From assembly GCA_965262915.1 (NCBI GenBank), contig OZ253564.1, forward strand, positions 896,001-960,000: a stretch of 64,000 nt of DNA, given 5' to 3'. The translations under genes were made by a program, and so were the position numbers. This DNA comes from Candidatus Spongiisociaceae bacterium (GTDB taxonomy: Bacteria > Actinomycetota > Acidimicrobiia > Spongiisociales > Spongiisociaceae). Of the stretch, positions 38,365 through 48,030 are shown piece by piece (the first letter of the stretch is position 1; each line of letters starts with the position of its first letter). The notes beneath the pieces were generated by a model. That model made no database searches. It saw only the letters and a program-made list of their open reading frames with translations, and was not told where the DNA came from.

Positions 38365-39867
38365 TCAGCTCGGCATCTCGTCCTTGCCGGAGGGGTCTTG
38401 GGCTTTCGAGGATACCGGGCGCCTTCCGGAAATCGGTGCGGGTCGATTCCGGGAGCCTGGCCACACTCCATCCGGGCCAGGATTTCTGATGAGGTACCGG
38501 GCAATGATGGCGGCCCCGGCCAGAGCCAGGAGGGAGAGCCCGGTTTCGCCCACCGGGAATCCGGAACCGATCATCGGAAGGGAAAGGTCACGCTGGATGA
38601 TTCCTGTCGTCACCGCGCCCCCTGCAGACCCGCCTAGGAAGAATCCAAGGTAGAAGAGGCCGATGGCTATCGACTGGGAGGGCCCCTCGAAGCGCTGCGT
38701 CACGGCATCCACCAGTGGCGGTGTCAGAAGCCCGAACCCGATTCCCAGAGGTATCACGATCACGGCCACCGAAGCGAGGCTGCGGTCTATACCGAGCACA
38801 GCTAGCAAACCGGTTCCCGCGAATAGGAACAGTAAGGACACCAATGTGGTGGCGCTATGACCCAACCGTCGTACCAAGACGCCGTTGACGGTGGATGCGA
38901 TGGCAACCGACGCGGCCGTCGGCACGATGACAAGCCCGATCCCCACCGCGTCGATCGTATGAACCCTCGACAGTGCGGAAGGCAGTGCCACGATCGTTCC
39001 CAGATAGGCAGCGCTCCCCACCAGACCTGCGGCCGCCAATGGGAGAAACGCCGGATCACGCACAACCGACAGCGGAATGAACGGGGCCGGATGCCGTCTC
39101 GCCCGGGTGGCGGAGAGCAGAGCGCCCAGCATGGCCATCACAACGGCACCCCCCGTCACGAGGGTGGCGCCCTCGACGGGGAACCGGTTCATCGCGAATA
39201 CAAAGCTGCCGATCATCAGGATTGCAGATCCGGCTCCGGCGTAGTCGAGTTGACGGGTCCGGTCCCCACGCTGCGGCTGGTCGTACCAGACGAAGACCGC
39301 GACCGGGGAGATCAGCATTCCAATCGCTACGGCGGCTCGCCAGCTGACGAGGTCTACGAGCAGGCCTCCGATAATAGGGCCGAGTGCCTGGGCGATGCCC
39401 ACCACCGCGGTGATGATCCCGTAGGCGAACTGGCGCCGTTCGGGCGGGAATCTCGTGGCGAGGATGGCCACCGAGAGCGTTGGTATCGCGCCCGAGCCTG
39501 CGCCCTGGATCACCCGGGCCCCGATCAGAACAGGCAGCGTCGGGGCAACGACCGCTACCAGAGACCCGAACGCCAGGAGCAGGATCCCGAACGAGAGGGT
39601 CCTTCCCAGCCCGAAGCGGGCGGCGAGCCTCCCGTAGAGAGCGGTGGCCACCGCGAACGTCCCGGAGTATCCGAAGACGACCCACCCGACATCCGCCGGG
39701 CCGGCGCCGAAGGCCTGCCCGATGGCGGGTTGGGAGACTGCCGACGCCGACGTGTTGGCCACGGTCAGGAACACGGCCGCGGCCACCATCGCCAGGATGG
39801 CGGCGGGGGACAGGCGACCTTTAGCGGCGGTCACGAAGCGGATCCGTTGTACGCGTCCGGAAGACAT
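38365..39867 (-). CDS. MFS transporter (14-TM DHA2/TetK-like)
   Basis: W....Y, YGRLA.RFG, ARVIQGAG, GP.IGG.L....WR, D..G motifs; many TM helices. Confidence 0.92.
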   Translation of the reverse strand: MSSGRVQRIRFVTAAKGRLSPAAILAMVAAAVFLTVANTSASAVSQPAIGQAFGAGPADVGWVVFGYSGTFAVATALYGRLAARFGLGRTLSFGILLLAFGSLVAVVAPTLPVLIGARVIQGAGSGAIPTLSVAILATRFPPERRQFAYGIITAVVGIAQALGPIIGGLLVDLVSWRAAVAIGMLISPVAVFVWYDQPQRGDRTRQLDYAGAGSAILMIGSFVFAMNRFPVEGATLVTGGAVVMAMLGALLSATRARRHPAPFIPLSVVRDPAFLPLAAAGLVGSAAYLGTIVALPSALSRVHTIDAVGIGLVIVPTAASVAIASTVNGVLVRRLGHSATTLVSLLFLFAGTGLLAVLGIDRSLASVAVIVIPLGIGFGLLTPPLVDAVTQRFEGPSQSIAIGLFYLGFFLGGSAGGAVTTGIIQRDLSLPMIGSGFPVGETGLSLLALAGAAIIARYLIRNPGPDGVWPGSRNRPAPISGRRPVSSKAQDPSGKDEMPS

Positions 39868-39972
39868 ACGATGGCTGTCGAAGTGGATCCGGGTCGTGTA
39901 CGGTGAAGTGGGCGGGCCGGATGCGCCAGTCGGAGGGAGAATTGCCCGTGAGCTCTATGTGTGCCTCCGCTA

Positions 39973-40000
39973 ACGTGTATACAGAGCACTGTATACACGT
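39973..40000. promoter_or_regulatory. Perfect inverted repeat ACGTGTATACAG-N4-CTGTATACACGT, candidate GntR operator
   Basis: In the divergent MFS / ABC-ATPase intergenic region; contains two TGTATACA cores. Confidence 0.7.
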
Positions 40001-40061
40001 GAACCCGGGGATATGACGATGCAAGCCGTATCCCTCCTCGGGTTCGAAGGGGAGCGCGGCG

Positions 40062-40880
40062 TTGGCTAACCCGAAGATCGAGATCGAGCACGTCGACAAG
40101 TATTACCGGTCGACCGGCACATCATCGAAGCGCCTCGGCAGGCGGGGGAGGATGCATACGGCGGTCCAGGCGCTGCGCGACGCCAACCTGACTGTGGCCG
40201 AGGGAGAATTCGTCAGCTTGATCGGACCGAGCGGATGTGGCAAGACCACTCTCTTGAAGGTGCTGGACGGCTTGGTGCCCTACGACACAGGATCCGTGAG
40301 GGTATCGGGAAGGCCGGTAACAGGACCCGGTCGCGACCGGGCGTTCGTGTTCCAACACTTCGGCTTGTTCCCTTGGCGGACCGTGATGGGGAACGTGACG
40401 CTTCCTCTGGAGGCCGCCGGGAAGTCAAGGGCCGAGCGTGAGGAGACTGCCTGGAATTACATACGCATGGTGGGCCTCGAGAGCTTCGCCAACCATCACC
40501 CCCACGAGTTGTCGGGTGGTATGCAGCAGCGGGTCGGGATTGCCAGAGCCTTGGCGGTGGATCCGGAGATCCTGCTCATGGACGAGCCGTTCGGCGCGCT
40601 GGACGCCCAGACCCGCGAGTTGATGCAGATCGAGCTCCTCAGGATCTGGGAGAAGACTCGCAAGACGGTCGTGTTCGTCACCCACAGCGTGGACGAGGCT
40701 ATCTTCCTGTCCAGGCGGGTAGCGATCATGTCGGCCCATCCGGGGACGATCAGCGAAGTCATCGAAGTCCCCTTCGGATATCCGAGGACCGAAGGGGACC
40801 TGAAGCGGGATCCGGTTTTCGCCGACATGCGGTACGACATCTGGAATAAACTGCTGCCGGGCAAGTCCGCCACCGTCTGA
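40062..40880 (+). CDS. ABC ATP-binding protein (NitT/TauT/SsuB type)
   Basis: GPSGCGKT, FQ...L.PW, LSGGMQQRV, DEPFGALD, THSVDEA. Confidence 0.95.
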   Translation: MANPKIEIEHVDKYYRSTGTSSKRLGRRGRMHTAVQALRDANLTVAEGEFVSLIGPSGCGKTTLLKVLDGLVPYDTGSVRVSGRPVTGPGRDRAFVFQHFGLFPWRTVMGNVTLPLEAAGKSRAEREETAWNYIRMVGLESFANHHPHELSGGMQQRVGIARALAVDPEILLMDEPFGALDAQTRELMQIELLRIWEKTRKTVVFVTHSVDEAIFLSRRVAIMSAHPGTISEVIEVPFGYPRTEGDLKRDPVFADMRYDIWNKLLPGKSATV

Positions 40881-41369
40881 TACGCTCTTCCGATCCAGAC
40901 GACAAGCGGTGCCGGTCAGCGAGTATCCCCGGCGCTCGGGGGTTTCCGGATTTCGAGAACTGATCGACCCCTTTGGGGGCTTTCAGCCGCGGTTAGCCGG
41001 AACGCGAAAATCCATGGTCGTCGGGATTCACCCATTCGGGCCCTCCCCCGCTGCCACCTCCTCGATCTCGGAGCGTGTTCATGTACGCCTCTAGTTAGGG
41101 CTCGCTCCGGCAACATGATCCCTGCCACGGCCCGATCGACGCCGAAGAACCTGACCGTTGGTGAATATGGCTACCTAACAATATACAACGGACCACTGAC
41201 AGGAATACCCCCTTGCACCCGGCTCGGATGGGTCAATACACGCCTCCGGTTCGAAACCCCATGAGATCAAATGCTGATCGGGAGATTCCGGCTCAGGTCA
41301 GATCCGGCTGCGAAACTCGGAAGACCGGAGAACCGGCGAACACCGAAGAGCAAGAGAGGTGGACATTCA

Positions 41370-41660
41370 ATGCCAAGATTGAGATTGGAACTGAGTTGGG
41401 AGCCTCGACCCGCAACGAAGAGAGAGGCTGCTGTCAACACCCTAATATGGACGGGGCGGGTCCTGATTCTCCTTTCCCTCGTCGTAGGGTTCTTTGGAAT
41501 CCCCATGGTGTGGTTGGCAGTAGCGATGCTGATGATCTACCCGCTCTACGTTGCGATCTACTGGCGGGCTATCAGCGTCAGGCGGCCGGAGGTTGTCACC
41601 TTGGTGGTAATCGCCGTGGCGCTCGCGGCCTTGTTCATCATTGCAATCGGTCTTCGGTGA
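41370..41660 (+). CDS. Small hypothetical membrane protein (about 3 TM)
   Basis: GAGGTGG RBS before ATG; 96 aa with hydrophobic segments; no recognised family. Confidence 0.6.
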   Translation: MPRLRLELSWEPRPATKREAAVNTLIWTGRVLILLSLVVGFFGIPMVWLAVAMLMIYPLYVAIYWRAISVRRPEVVTLVVIAVALAALFIIAIGLR

Positions 41661-41819
41661 ATTGTCCGATGTAACCAGGCCTTTCAACAGCCTTTCCGTT
41701 CATCGAACGTGGGTAAGCAGGATCGTCGCGCGTCCGGTGAGGTACGCGGAGCATTCGATCGTCGTTCCGGGTCTCCCGGGACGACGATCGACCGGGGTTC
41801 CCCTTGACCTACGATCCGG

Positions 41820-42383
41820 TTATTCCACTCCGCGGGGAACCGTGTCTCGGATAACGGCACCATTGTGGTTGACGACTGTGTACACCGGAACCGCCCGGCG
41901 CGAGAATGCTCCGAGAGGGCAACGAGCATCGCCCCATTCGATCATGGCGAGGACGGCGCTGGCTGATGAGGGACTATCCACGTGTACGTCGAACACCAAC
42001 CACTGGATATGGACCGGCTTGTCGTCGAAACCATGCTCCCCACGCAGATCAAGGTGGGTGGTGATGTTCATTCGCATCCCTTGGACATCACAACCTGCGA
42101 AGGCGGCCCCCTTGGCGTACCAGCCGAGCATGCAGAAGGCGATCCCGCTGAGAAAATACCTGATCGGGCTCGGACCCCGCTCGTGCCCTCCCCGGTCGAA
42201 GGCTTCATCCCCGAAGAAGGTGAACTCCCGGTCGTACTGGATGAAGGAGGACTGGACGCTCACATTCTCGATAACCTCGGCAGACACGTAGGGATGAACC
42301 AGACCGGCCGCGTGGTTGCCTCCGAGCTTCTCCACCACGCCCAAGTAGTTGGACTTCAGCTTTCCGTGATCAACGATTCCCAT
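41820..42383 (-). CDS. OsmC/Ohr-like protein
   Basis: DE....GG...GPSP..YFLSG.AFC and RCP (two Cys); AGGAG RBS. Confidence 0.85.
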   Translation of the reverse strand: MGIVDHGKLKSNYLGVVEKLGGNHAAGLVHPYVSAEVIENVSVQSSFIQYDREFTFFGDEAFDRGGHERGPSPIRYFLSGIAFCMLGWYAKGAAFAGCDVQGMRMNITTHLDLRGEHGFDDKPVHIQWLVFDVHVDSPSSASAVLAMIEWGDARCPLGAFSRRAVPVYTVVNHNGAVIRDTVPRGVE

Positions 42384-42386
42384 CGT

Positions 42387-43436
42387 CTAGCTCCTCCTAT
42401 CGGCTTGCGGCACGTTCGACCGGGCGATCTCGGCCCGCACGATCGGTAGAACGGACCGGCTGATCTCCTCGATGGTCTCCTCGAACCGGTCGAACTGGTT
42501 ACGCACGTCGAACGTGAAATGGTCGAACCCTCGGTTGTAGTACTCCAGGACGCCGGTCGCTACGTCGGCGGCGTCACCGACTAGCACCACGCCCCGGATG
42601 TCCTCGATGGTGCGGAAGCCGCCCCCGGGTGGGGTAACCCAGTTGCGCTTGCCATCTCTCGACATCCGGTCCACGTCTACCCCGCTCCGAGCCCGTTCCC
42701 GGTCGTCGTCGAGGATCGTGCGGGGGGTGGCCGAGAGGAAGAGCCGGTCGATGCCGCCGAGGAGTTCGCGCATGTAGGCGAGCCGGGCATCGACGGTCGT
42801 CAGCGGAACCGTGCCGGCCAGCCACCCGTCCGCATGGCAGGCCGCGATCCGGGCCGCCCGCCGGGACGGTCCCCCGTACAGGATGGGTAACGGGGATTGG
42901 AGCTTGGGTTCGAGGGATGCCTTGTGGACTCGGAATATCTCCCCCTCGAAGGTCACCCCGTTCTCGGTCCACAACCGGCGGACGATGTCGATCATCTCGA
43001 CGACCGCCTGGTGTTTCCGGCGAGGGTCGATGCCAGCGGCGCGCAGCTCGCCGCCGTGGCCGGCCCCGAAGCCTGCGATGACCCGTCCCCCGGTGAGGTA
43101 GGAGAGCGTCATGTACTGCTGGGCGACCCGGATCGGGTGGCGCACCGGGATCATCACCCCGGTTCCGATGACCACCCGTTCCACGAGGGTTCCCAACCCG
43201 ACCAGGGTGGTGAACGGTTCGAGGAAGGTCATATCGGAATGGTCCTCATGGCTGTGCGGGTGCCAGAGGAGGTGATCCCGGGCCCACACCGCATCGAACC
43301 CCAGACGTTCGATGAGCTTGATGCCATCGATCAGGCGGGTACGGGAGGCGTGGGGACCGAAGTGCGGGAGCAGAATCCCGAATGTCATCCCCGTTTCGGG
43401 TCTCCGGAGGGGATGGCTGTCCAGATGCCGGCTCAC
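42387..43436 (-). CDS. LLM class flavin-dependent oxidoreductase
   Basis: GFD.VW..DH, EP...L, R.P, GR...G.G.G, P...GG.S, A...DGW; start may be 43388 (MTFG). Confidence 0.9.
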   Translation of the reverse strand: MSRHLDSHPLRRPETGMTFGILLPHFGPHASRTRLIDGIKLIERLGFDAVWARDHLLWHPHSHEDHSDMTFLEPFTTLVGLGTLVERVVIGTGVMIPVRHPIRVAQQYMTLSYLTGGRVIAGFGAGHGGELRAAGIDPRRKHQAVVEMIDIVRRLWTENGVTFEGEIFRVHKASLEPKLQSPLPILYGGPSRRAARIAACHADGWLAGTVPLTTVDARLAYMRELLGGIDRLFLSATPRTILDDDRERARSGVDVDRMSRDGKRNWVTPPGGGFRTIEDIRGVVLVGDAADVATGVLEYYNRGFDHFTFDVRNQFDRFEETIEEISRSVLPIVRAEIARSNVPQADRRS

Positions 43437-43548
43437 GTCGGCCCCGGAGTCGGCGGGTGGGATGGCATCCCGGCACCGGGCCGCTCTCGGGCGATAGGCA
43501 TGCTTCCGTGTCTGCTGGATCGCACCGCGTCTCGTCGGCCCCGGTCTC

Positions 43549-44565
43549 TCAGAATGCTTTGGGCCGCCAGGAGGACAACCGGGCTTCCACCGCCTTGGTG
43601 ATAGCGATCATGATCGCTCCCAGCACCATCAGCAGAAAGGCCATGGCAAAGAGCCGGTCGGTGTGGTAGGCGGCCCTCGCGTCCCGGATCACGAATCCCA
43701 ACCCCGGTACACCGATCAGGAACTCCGCCACTATCACCGCAATGAGGGCCCGCTGCACCGCAATGCGAAGACCGGAGGCGAGAAAAGGGACGGCCCCGGG
43801 CAGGAGGATCTTCCAGAACATGTGCCGGTCCCTGATGACGAGCAGCACCACGGTGGCGAACAGCAGCACCACGCCCTGTACCACGGTGAGCCATCCCGCC
43901 GCGGTGGCCAGGAATGCAACGATGAGCACGATCGCTCCCGTCCATTCGTCGACTGCGCCCTTGCCTGCCCGGAGGTTGAAGGCGTAGGAGACCTCGTTGT
44001 ATTCCTTCATCAACTCGTGCACACCCGCCGCTGTGGAGAAAGCGATCAGGACCGAGCAGGCCACCACGACGCTGGCGATCACGAATTTGGACAGGGGAAC
44101 CTGGACCCCCGCCGCTACGAAGCGGGTCCCGATACCGAACCAGATCACCATGATCGGCACGAAAGCCACCCGGGGCACCGAATAGATAGCTGCGAGGTAG
44201 GGATCGAGTGCCACCCGGAAGACCCGGTACCGGCCGATCAGGAAGCCGATCGTCACCCCGACGATGAACGAGAGAACGATGCCCACCACCAGCGCCCCCA
44301 ACGACTTGCCGAGCAGTTCCCAGAAGCTCCCCTCGATGTACGGGAGCACCTCTTCGGCTCCCAGCAGCCTCCAGAGTTCGCTGACCGTCCTGGTGGGCTG
44401 CGAATACCACTCGGGTTTGCGACCTCCGAACACCTGCCAGAAGGCCAGGAACAGCACCACGCCGATAACCTGAAAAACCCTTATCCGGTTGATCGGGAAT
44501 GAGAACCGGGTAGGTCCGCCCGGTGGTGAGGTGTCCACCAGGTCCGGCGAGCGGGCGCCGGTCAT
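43549..44565 (-). CDS. ABC permease (TauC/SsuC type) with extra hydrophobic insert
   Basis: P..A..P....WFG.G, LPGA.P....GLR, AEF, GLG; AGGAG RBS. Confidence 0.9.
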   Translation of the reverse strand: MTGARSPDLVDTSPPGGPTRFSFPINRIRVFQVIGVVLFLAFWQVFGGRKPEWYSQPTRTVSELWRLLGAEEVLPYIEGSFWELLGKSLGALVVGIVLSFIVGVTIGFLIGRYRVFRVALDPYLAAIYSVPRVAFVPIMVIWFGIGTRFVAAGVQVPLSKFVIASVVVACSVLIAFSTAAGVHELMKEYNEVSYAFNLRAGKGAVDEWTGAIVLIVAFLATAAGWLTVVQGVVLLFATVVLLVIRDRHMFWKILLPGAVPFLASGLRIAVQRALIAVIVAEFLIGVPGLGFVIRDARAAYHTDRLFAMAFLLMVLGAIMIAITKAVEARLSSWRPKAF

Positions 44566-45407
44566 ATCGACTCCTTGATGCTCCACGGGGTGACCCAGCG
44601 CTCGAGCAGCCGCAGACCGATGTTGATGGAGACTCCCACCGCCATGACGGTCAGCATCGCGGCGAAGGTCGTGTCCATCCGGAACTCGTTGGTCGCGTTG
44701 CCTATCAGGCCGCCGATGCCCTTCGCCTCCAGGAAGAACCCGGCCAGCACCACTCCGACCATACCGTGGAGGAGGCCCAGCCGTAGACCGGTGATGATGT
44801 AGGGAGCGGTTGCCGGTGCCACGATCTTGGTGAGCATCATGGCTTCGGGGATGGAATAGGACCTTGCCACGTCCACGTATTCGGCGTTGGTCACCTTTAT
44901 GCCGTCCCTAACGGTGAAGAAGACCTCGAAGAAGCTGAAGAGGATCACGACCAGCACCTTGGCGTTGAACTGGTAGCCGAGCCAGAGGGCGATGATCGGA
45001 AGCAGGGCAATCTTGGGCGTCATGAAGACCCCCACGAAGACCGGCTCGACGGTGTTGTCGATCGACCGGTAGCGTCCGAGGAGAAACCCCAGCAGGATAC
45101 CGGCCACGGCCGAAATGGCCAGGGCGGTGAACATGATCGCCAGGTCGGCTCGCCAGGCTTTCCACAACTCGCCGTTGACGGTCATCTCCCGGAGGGCTTC
45201 CCATGTCCTGGTCGCCGATGCGAAAGTGGCGGTGTGGGTGCGCCTTCCGAAGACCTCCCAGCCGGTGAGGATGACCGCCAGGGTGAGTACCCGTATCGTC
45301 CAACTCGACTGGAAGAGGTCCAGTGCACGCCCGAGAGGACCAGCGACTCCGGAAGCCAGGTAAGTAGAACCCCGCTCCCGGGCGGTCAGTGTCTTGACTG
45401 CGGCCAT
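44562..45407 (-). CDS. ABC permease (TauC/SsuC type)
   Basis: PKIALLP....W.G, ARSY, P...PYI.TGLRLG, G.G; GGAG RBS before ATG 45407. Confidence 0.92.
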   Translation of the reverse strand: MAAVKTLTARERGSTYLASGVAGPLGRALDLFQSSWTIRVLTLAVILTGWEVFGRRTHTATFASATRTWEALREMTVNGELWKAWRADLAIMFTALAISAVAGILLGFLLGRYRSIDNTVEPVFVGVFMTPKIALLPIIALWLGYQFNAKVLVVILFSFFEVFFTVRDGIKVTNAEYVDVARSYSIPEAMMLTKIVAPATAPYIITGLRLGLLHGMVGVVLAGFFLEAKGIGGLIGNATNEFRMDTTFAAMLTVMAVGVSINIGLRLLERWVTPWSIKESI

Positions 45408-45552
45408 ATGCGTTTGCTCCCCGTCCGAACAATCCGGCCAGGAGAATGCCGACCATCCGATCGTCGCCCCAGTCTTCCAACCGCGACATCGGGTGTCCAG
45501 CACCCTCCGGGAACCTTAGCGCCAGGTCCTCGCAAACGTTCGGTTACCCGGC

Positions 45553-45604
45553 GGCCTGCAGGCCTGCCAAGCCCCCTGAGGGGAGCTAGCAGGCCCGCAG
45601 GTCC
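45553..45604 (-). terminator. Strong GC hairpin after the SBP gene (attenuator or mRNA-stabilising stem)
   Basis: Long imperfect inverted repeat with a 3-nt loop between SBP stop and first permease; no U-tract. Confidence 0.55.
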
Positions 45605-45628
45605 GTTCCTATGTTCCCTCCGTCCGGC

Positions 45629-47776
45629 CTATGCCGAGCCGAGGATTTCGAGTGCTTTGTCCTGGAACTCGAAGGTGACGAGTTCTTCGACGGTGTACTC
45701 ACGGTCGACCGCTTCGAATGAGAAGGAGGTGTCCAGGGTGGTCTGCATGAGGTCGTAGTCGAGCGATCCGTTTACGGGCCACATGTCGAGCTCATCGATG
45801 AGGTTGTCGTAGTCAAGCGAAGCAGCTTCGGGGGTGAGCCGTTCGTTCACGGACATGGCGTAATCGATCCACCGCTGCTTGTCGTCCTGCGCCCAGCGGG
45901 CCGACTTCAGCGAAGCGATGTTGAACGCCAGCGCGATGTCGGGGTTGGCCTCCACCCAGTCCCGCTCGGCATACCAGATCGAGGAGATCTGGGGGTTGGA
46001 CTCCCAGCCGGCGCAAAGCATGTTGTAGGCGCCTTCGCCTTCGTTGAGGGTGAGCTGGGTAAGACGCCAAGTTGCTGAGATTCCCCCGACGACCTGCCCC
46101 GACGTGATCGCCTGGGTCGCTTCACCGGTGTGCGCCAGGCGCACCAGCTGCACGTCGTCGACGGTCATTCCCACGTCAGCCAAACACTTCTGGAGGGTCT
46201 GGCCGGTGATCTGGTTCAGGCTCTGGGTCGCTGCCACGGGCTGGCCGCGCAACTCCTCCATCGACGATATCGGCGCCTTGGCGGCGATGATGAACGAGTT
46301 CTTCTGGTCGTCACCACCGAACGCTACGAAGTCCGAACCCGCCGACACCGCATTGGCCATACCGGCCAAAGACAGCTGACCGACCGCTACTTCACCGGCG
46401 ATAGTCGCCGCTACCAGCGGATCCGAGTCCAGAAGCCGGAACTCAACATCGAGACCGAAATCATCCCGCAGGAAGTCCATCGTCCGGAACGCCCCTGTCA
46501 ACGAAGCGTTCGGGAACCCCGAACTACCGACCACCACCGACTGGCCCTCGATACGAGACCGGATATCGGCGATCGTCGCTTCCGCATCCATCATCTCATC
46601 CTCAGGCATTGCGCCCATGGATCCGACATCAGGGTTGCGTTCGGCGACGCCGAGGATTTCGACTGCTTTGTCCTGGAACTCGAAGGTGACGAGTTCTTCG
46701 ACGGTGTACTCACGGTCGACCGCTTCGAATGAGAAGGAGGTGTCCAGGGTGGTCTGCATGAGGTCGTAGTCGAGCGATCCGTTTACGGGCCACATGTCGA
46801 GCTCACCTAGGAGGTTGTCGTAGTCAAGCGAAGCAGCTTCGGGGGTGAGCCGTTCGTTCACGGACATGGCGTAATCGATCCACCGCTGCTTGTCGTCCTG
46901 CGCCCAGCGGGCCGACTTCAGCGAAGCGATGTTGAACGCCAGCGCGATGTCGGGGTTGGCCTCCACCCAGTCCCGCTCGGCATACCAGATCGAGGAGATC
47001 TGGGGGTTGGACTCCCAGCCGGCGCAAAGCATGTTGTAGGCGCCTTCGCCTTCGTTGAGGGTGAGCTGGGTAAGACGCCAAGTTGCTGAGATTCCCCCGA
47101 CGACCTGCCCCGACGTGATCGCCTGGGTCGCTTCACCGGTGTGCGCCAGGCGCACCAGCTGCACGTCGTCGACGGTCATTCCCACGTCAGCCAAACACTT
47201 CTGGAGGGTCTGGCCGGTGATCTGGTTCAGGCTCTGGGTCGCTGCCACGGGCTGGCCGCGCAACTCCTCCATCGACGATATCGGCGCCTTGGCGGCGATG
47301 ATGAACGAGTTCTTCTGGTCGTCACCACCGAACGCTACGAAGTCCGAACCCGCCGACACCGCATTGGCCATACCGGCCAAAGACAGCTGACCGACCGCTA
47401 CTTCACCGGCGATAGTCGCCGCTACCAGCGGATCCGAGTCCAGAAGCCGGAACTCAACATCGAGACCGAAATCATCCCGCAGGAAGTCCATCGTCCGGAA
47501 CGCCCCTGTCAACGAAGCGTTCGGGAACCCCGAACTACCGACCACCACCGACTGGCCCTCGATACGAGACCGGATATCGGCGATCGTCGCTTCCGCATCC
47601 ATCATCTCATCCTCAGGCGGGGCGGTCTCGGTGGGCGTCTCCGTGGGTGCCGTTTCCTGGGTAGCCTGCGTTGTCACGGTTGCTTGGCTGGTCGCGGCGG
47701 GTTCGTCGTCTCCGCCGCAGGCCACGACGAGCAATGCGAACCCGAGTAGCAACGCCAACAGCCTCTTGTGTTTCAT
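45629..47776 (-). CDS. ABC substrate-binding lipoprotein (NMT1/SsuA-like) with two near-identical binding domains
   Basis: VVAC lipobox, Thr/Pro linker, about 323-aa unit repeated twice; GGAGG RBS. Confidence 0.9.
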   Translation of the reverse strand: MKHKRLLALLLGFALLVVACGGDDEPAATSQATVTTQATQETAPTETPTETAPPEDEMMDAEATIADIRSRIEGQSVVVGSSGFPNASLTGAFRTMDFLRDDFGLDVEFRLLDSDPLVAATIAGEVAVGQLSLAGMANAVSAGSDFVAFGGDDQKNSFIIAAKAPISSMEELRGQPVAATQSLNQITGQTLQKCLADVGMTVDDVQLVRLAHTGEATQAITSGQVVGGISATWRLTQLTLNEGEGAYNMLCAGWESNPQISSIWYAERDWVEANPDIALAFNIASLKSARWAQDDKQRWIDYAMSVNERLTPEAASLDYDNLLGELDMWPVNGSLDYDLMQTTLDTSFSFEAVDREYTVEELVTFEFQDKAVEILGVAERNPDVGSMGAMPEDEMMDAEATIADIRSRIEGQSVVVGSSGFPNASLTGAFRTMDFLRDDFGLDVEFRLLDSDPLVAATIAGEVAVGQLSLAGMANAVSAGSDFVAFGGDDQKNSFIIAAKAPISSMEELRGQPVAATQSLNQITGQTLQKCLADVGMTVDDVQLVRLAHTGEATQAITSGQVVGGISATWRLTQLTLNEGEGAYNMLCAGWESNPQISSIWYAERDWVEANPDIALAFNIASLKSARWAQDDKQRWIDYAMSVNERLTPEAASLDYDNLIDELDMWPVNGSLDYDLMQTTLDTSFSFEAVDREYTVEELVTFEFQDKALEILGSA
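45638..47618. repeat. 970-bp direct repeat (45638-46607 and 46649-47618), period 1011 bp
   Basis: Only 4 nucleotide differences found by eye (AVE/ALE, LLGE/LIDE); 41-bp unique spacer. Confidence 0.95.
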
Positions 47777-47870
47777 TTGAACTCCCTCCTGTAGATGCAG
47801 GGTGCGCGAGGAGCCCCGCCACCACTTGTTTCAATGCACTGCACATGTTGCACATGCAGCATCCAAGGTT

Positions 47871-47885
47871 CGCATAATGTATACA
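47871..47885. promoter_or_regulatory. Candidate GntR operator CGCATAATGTATACA
   Basis: 95 bp upstream of the SBP start; matches the sites at 4016, 4367 and 5245. Confidence 0.65.
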
Positions 47886-48030
47886 GAGTCGCCAACCGTC
47901 GCAACTAACGGACAGCCGGCCGGTTCCTTCGATATGACGATTTGGGTGATAGCCATAGTTTCAGATCGGTAGCGGCACGTAGACACCAATATGGCTGAAC
48001 GCCCTACAGATTTGTGATCGCTCTACGTGT

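Noticed and set aside
41280-41360. Glycine-riboswitch-like words (GGAGA...CACCGAAGAGCAA)
   Set aside because: The downstream CTCTCAGG element and supporting stems are missing; would need an Infernal/Rfam scan.
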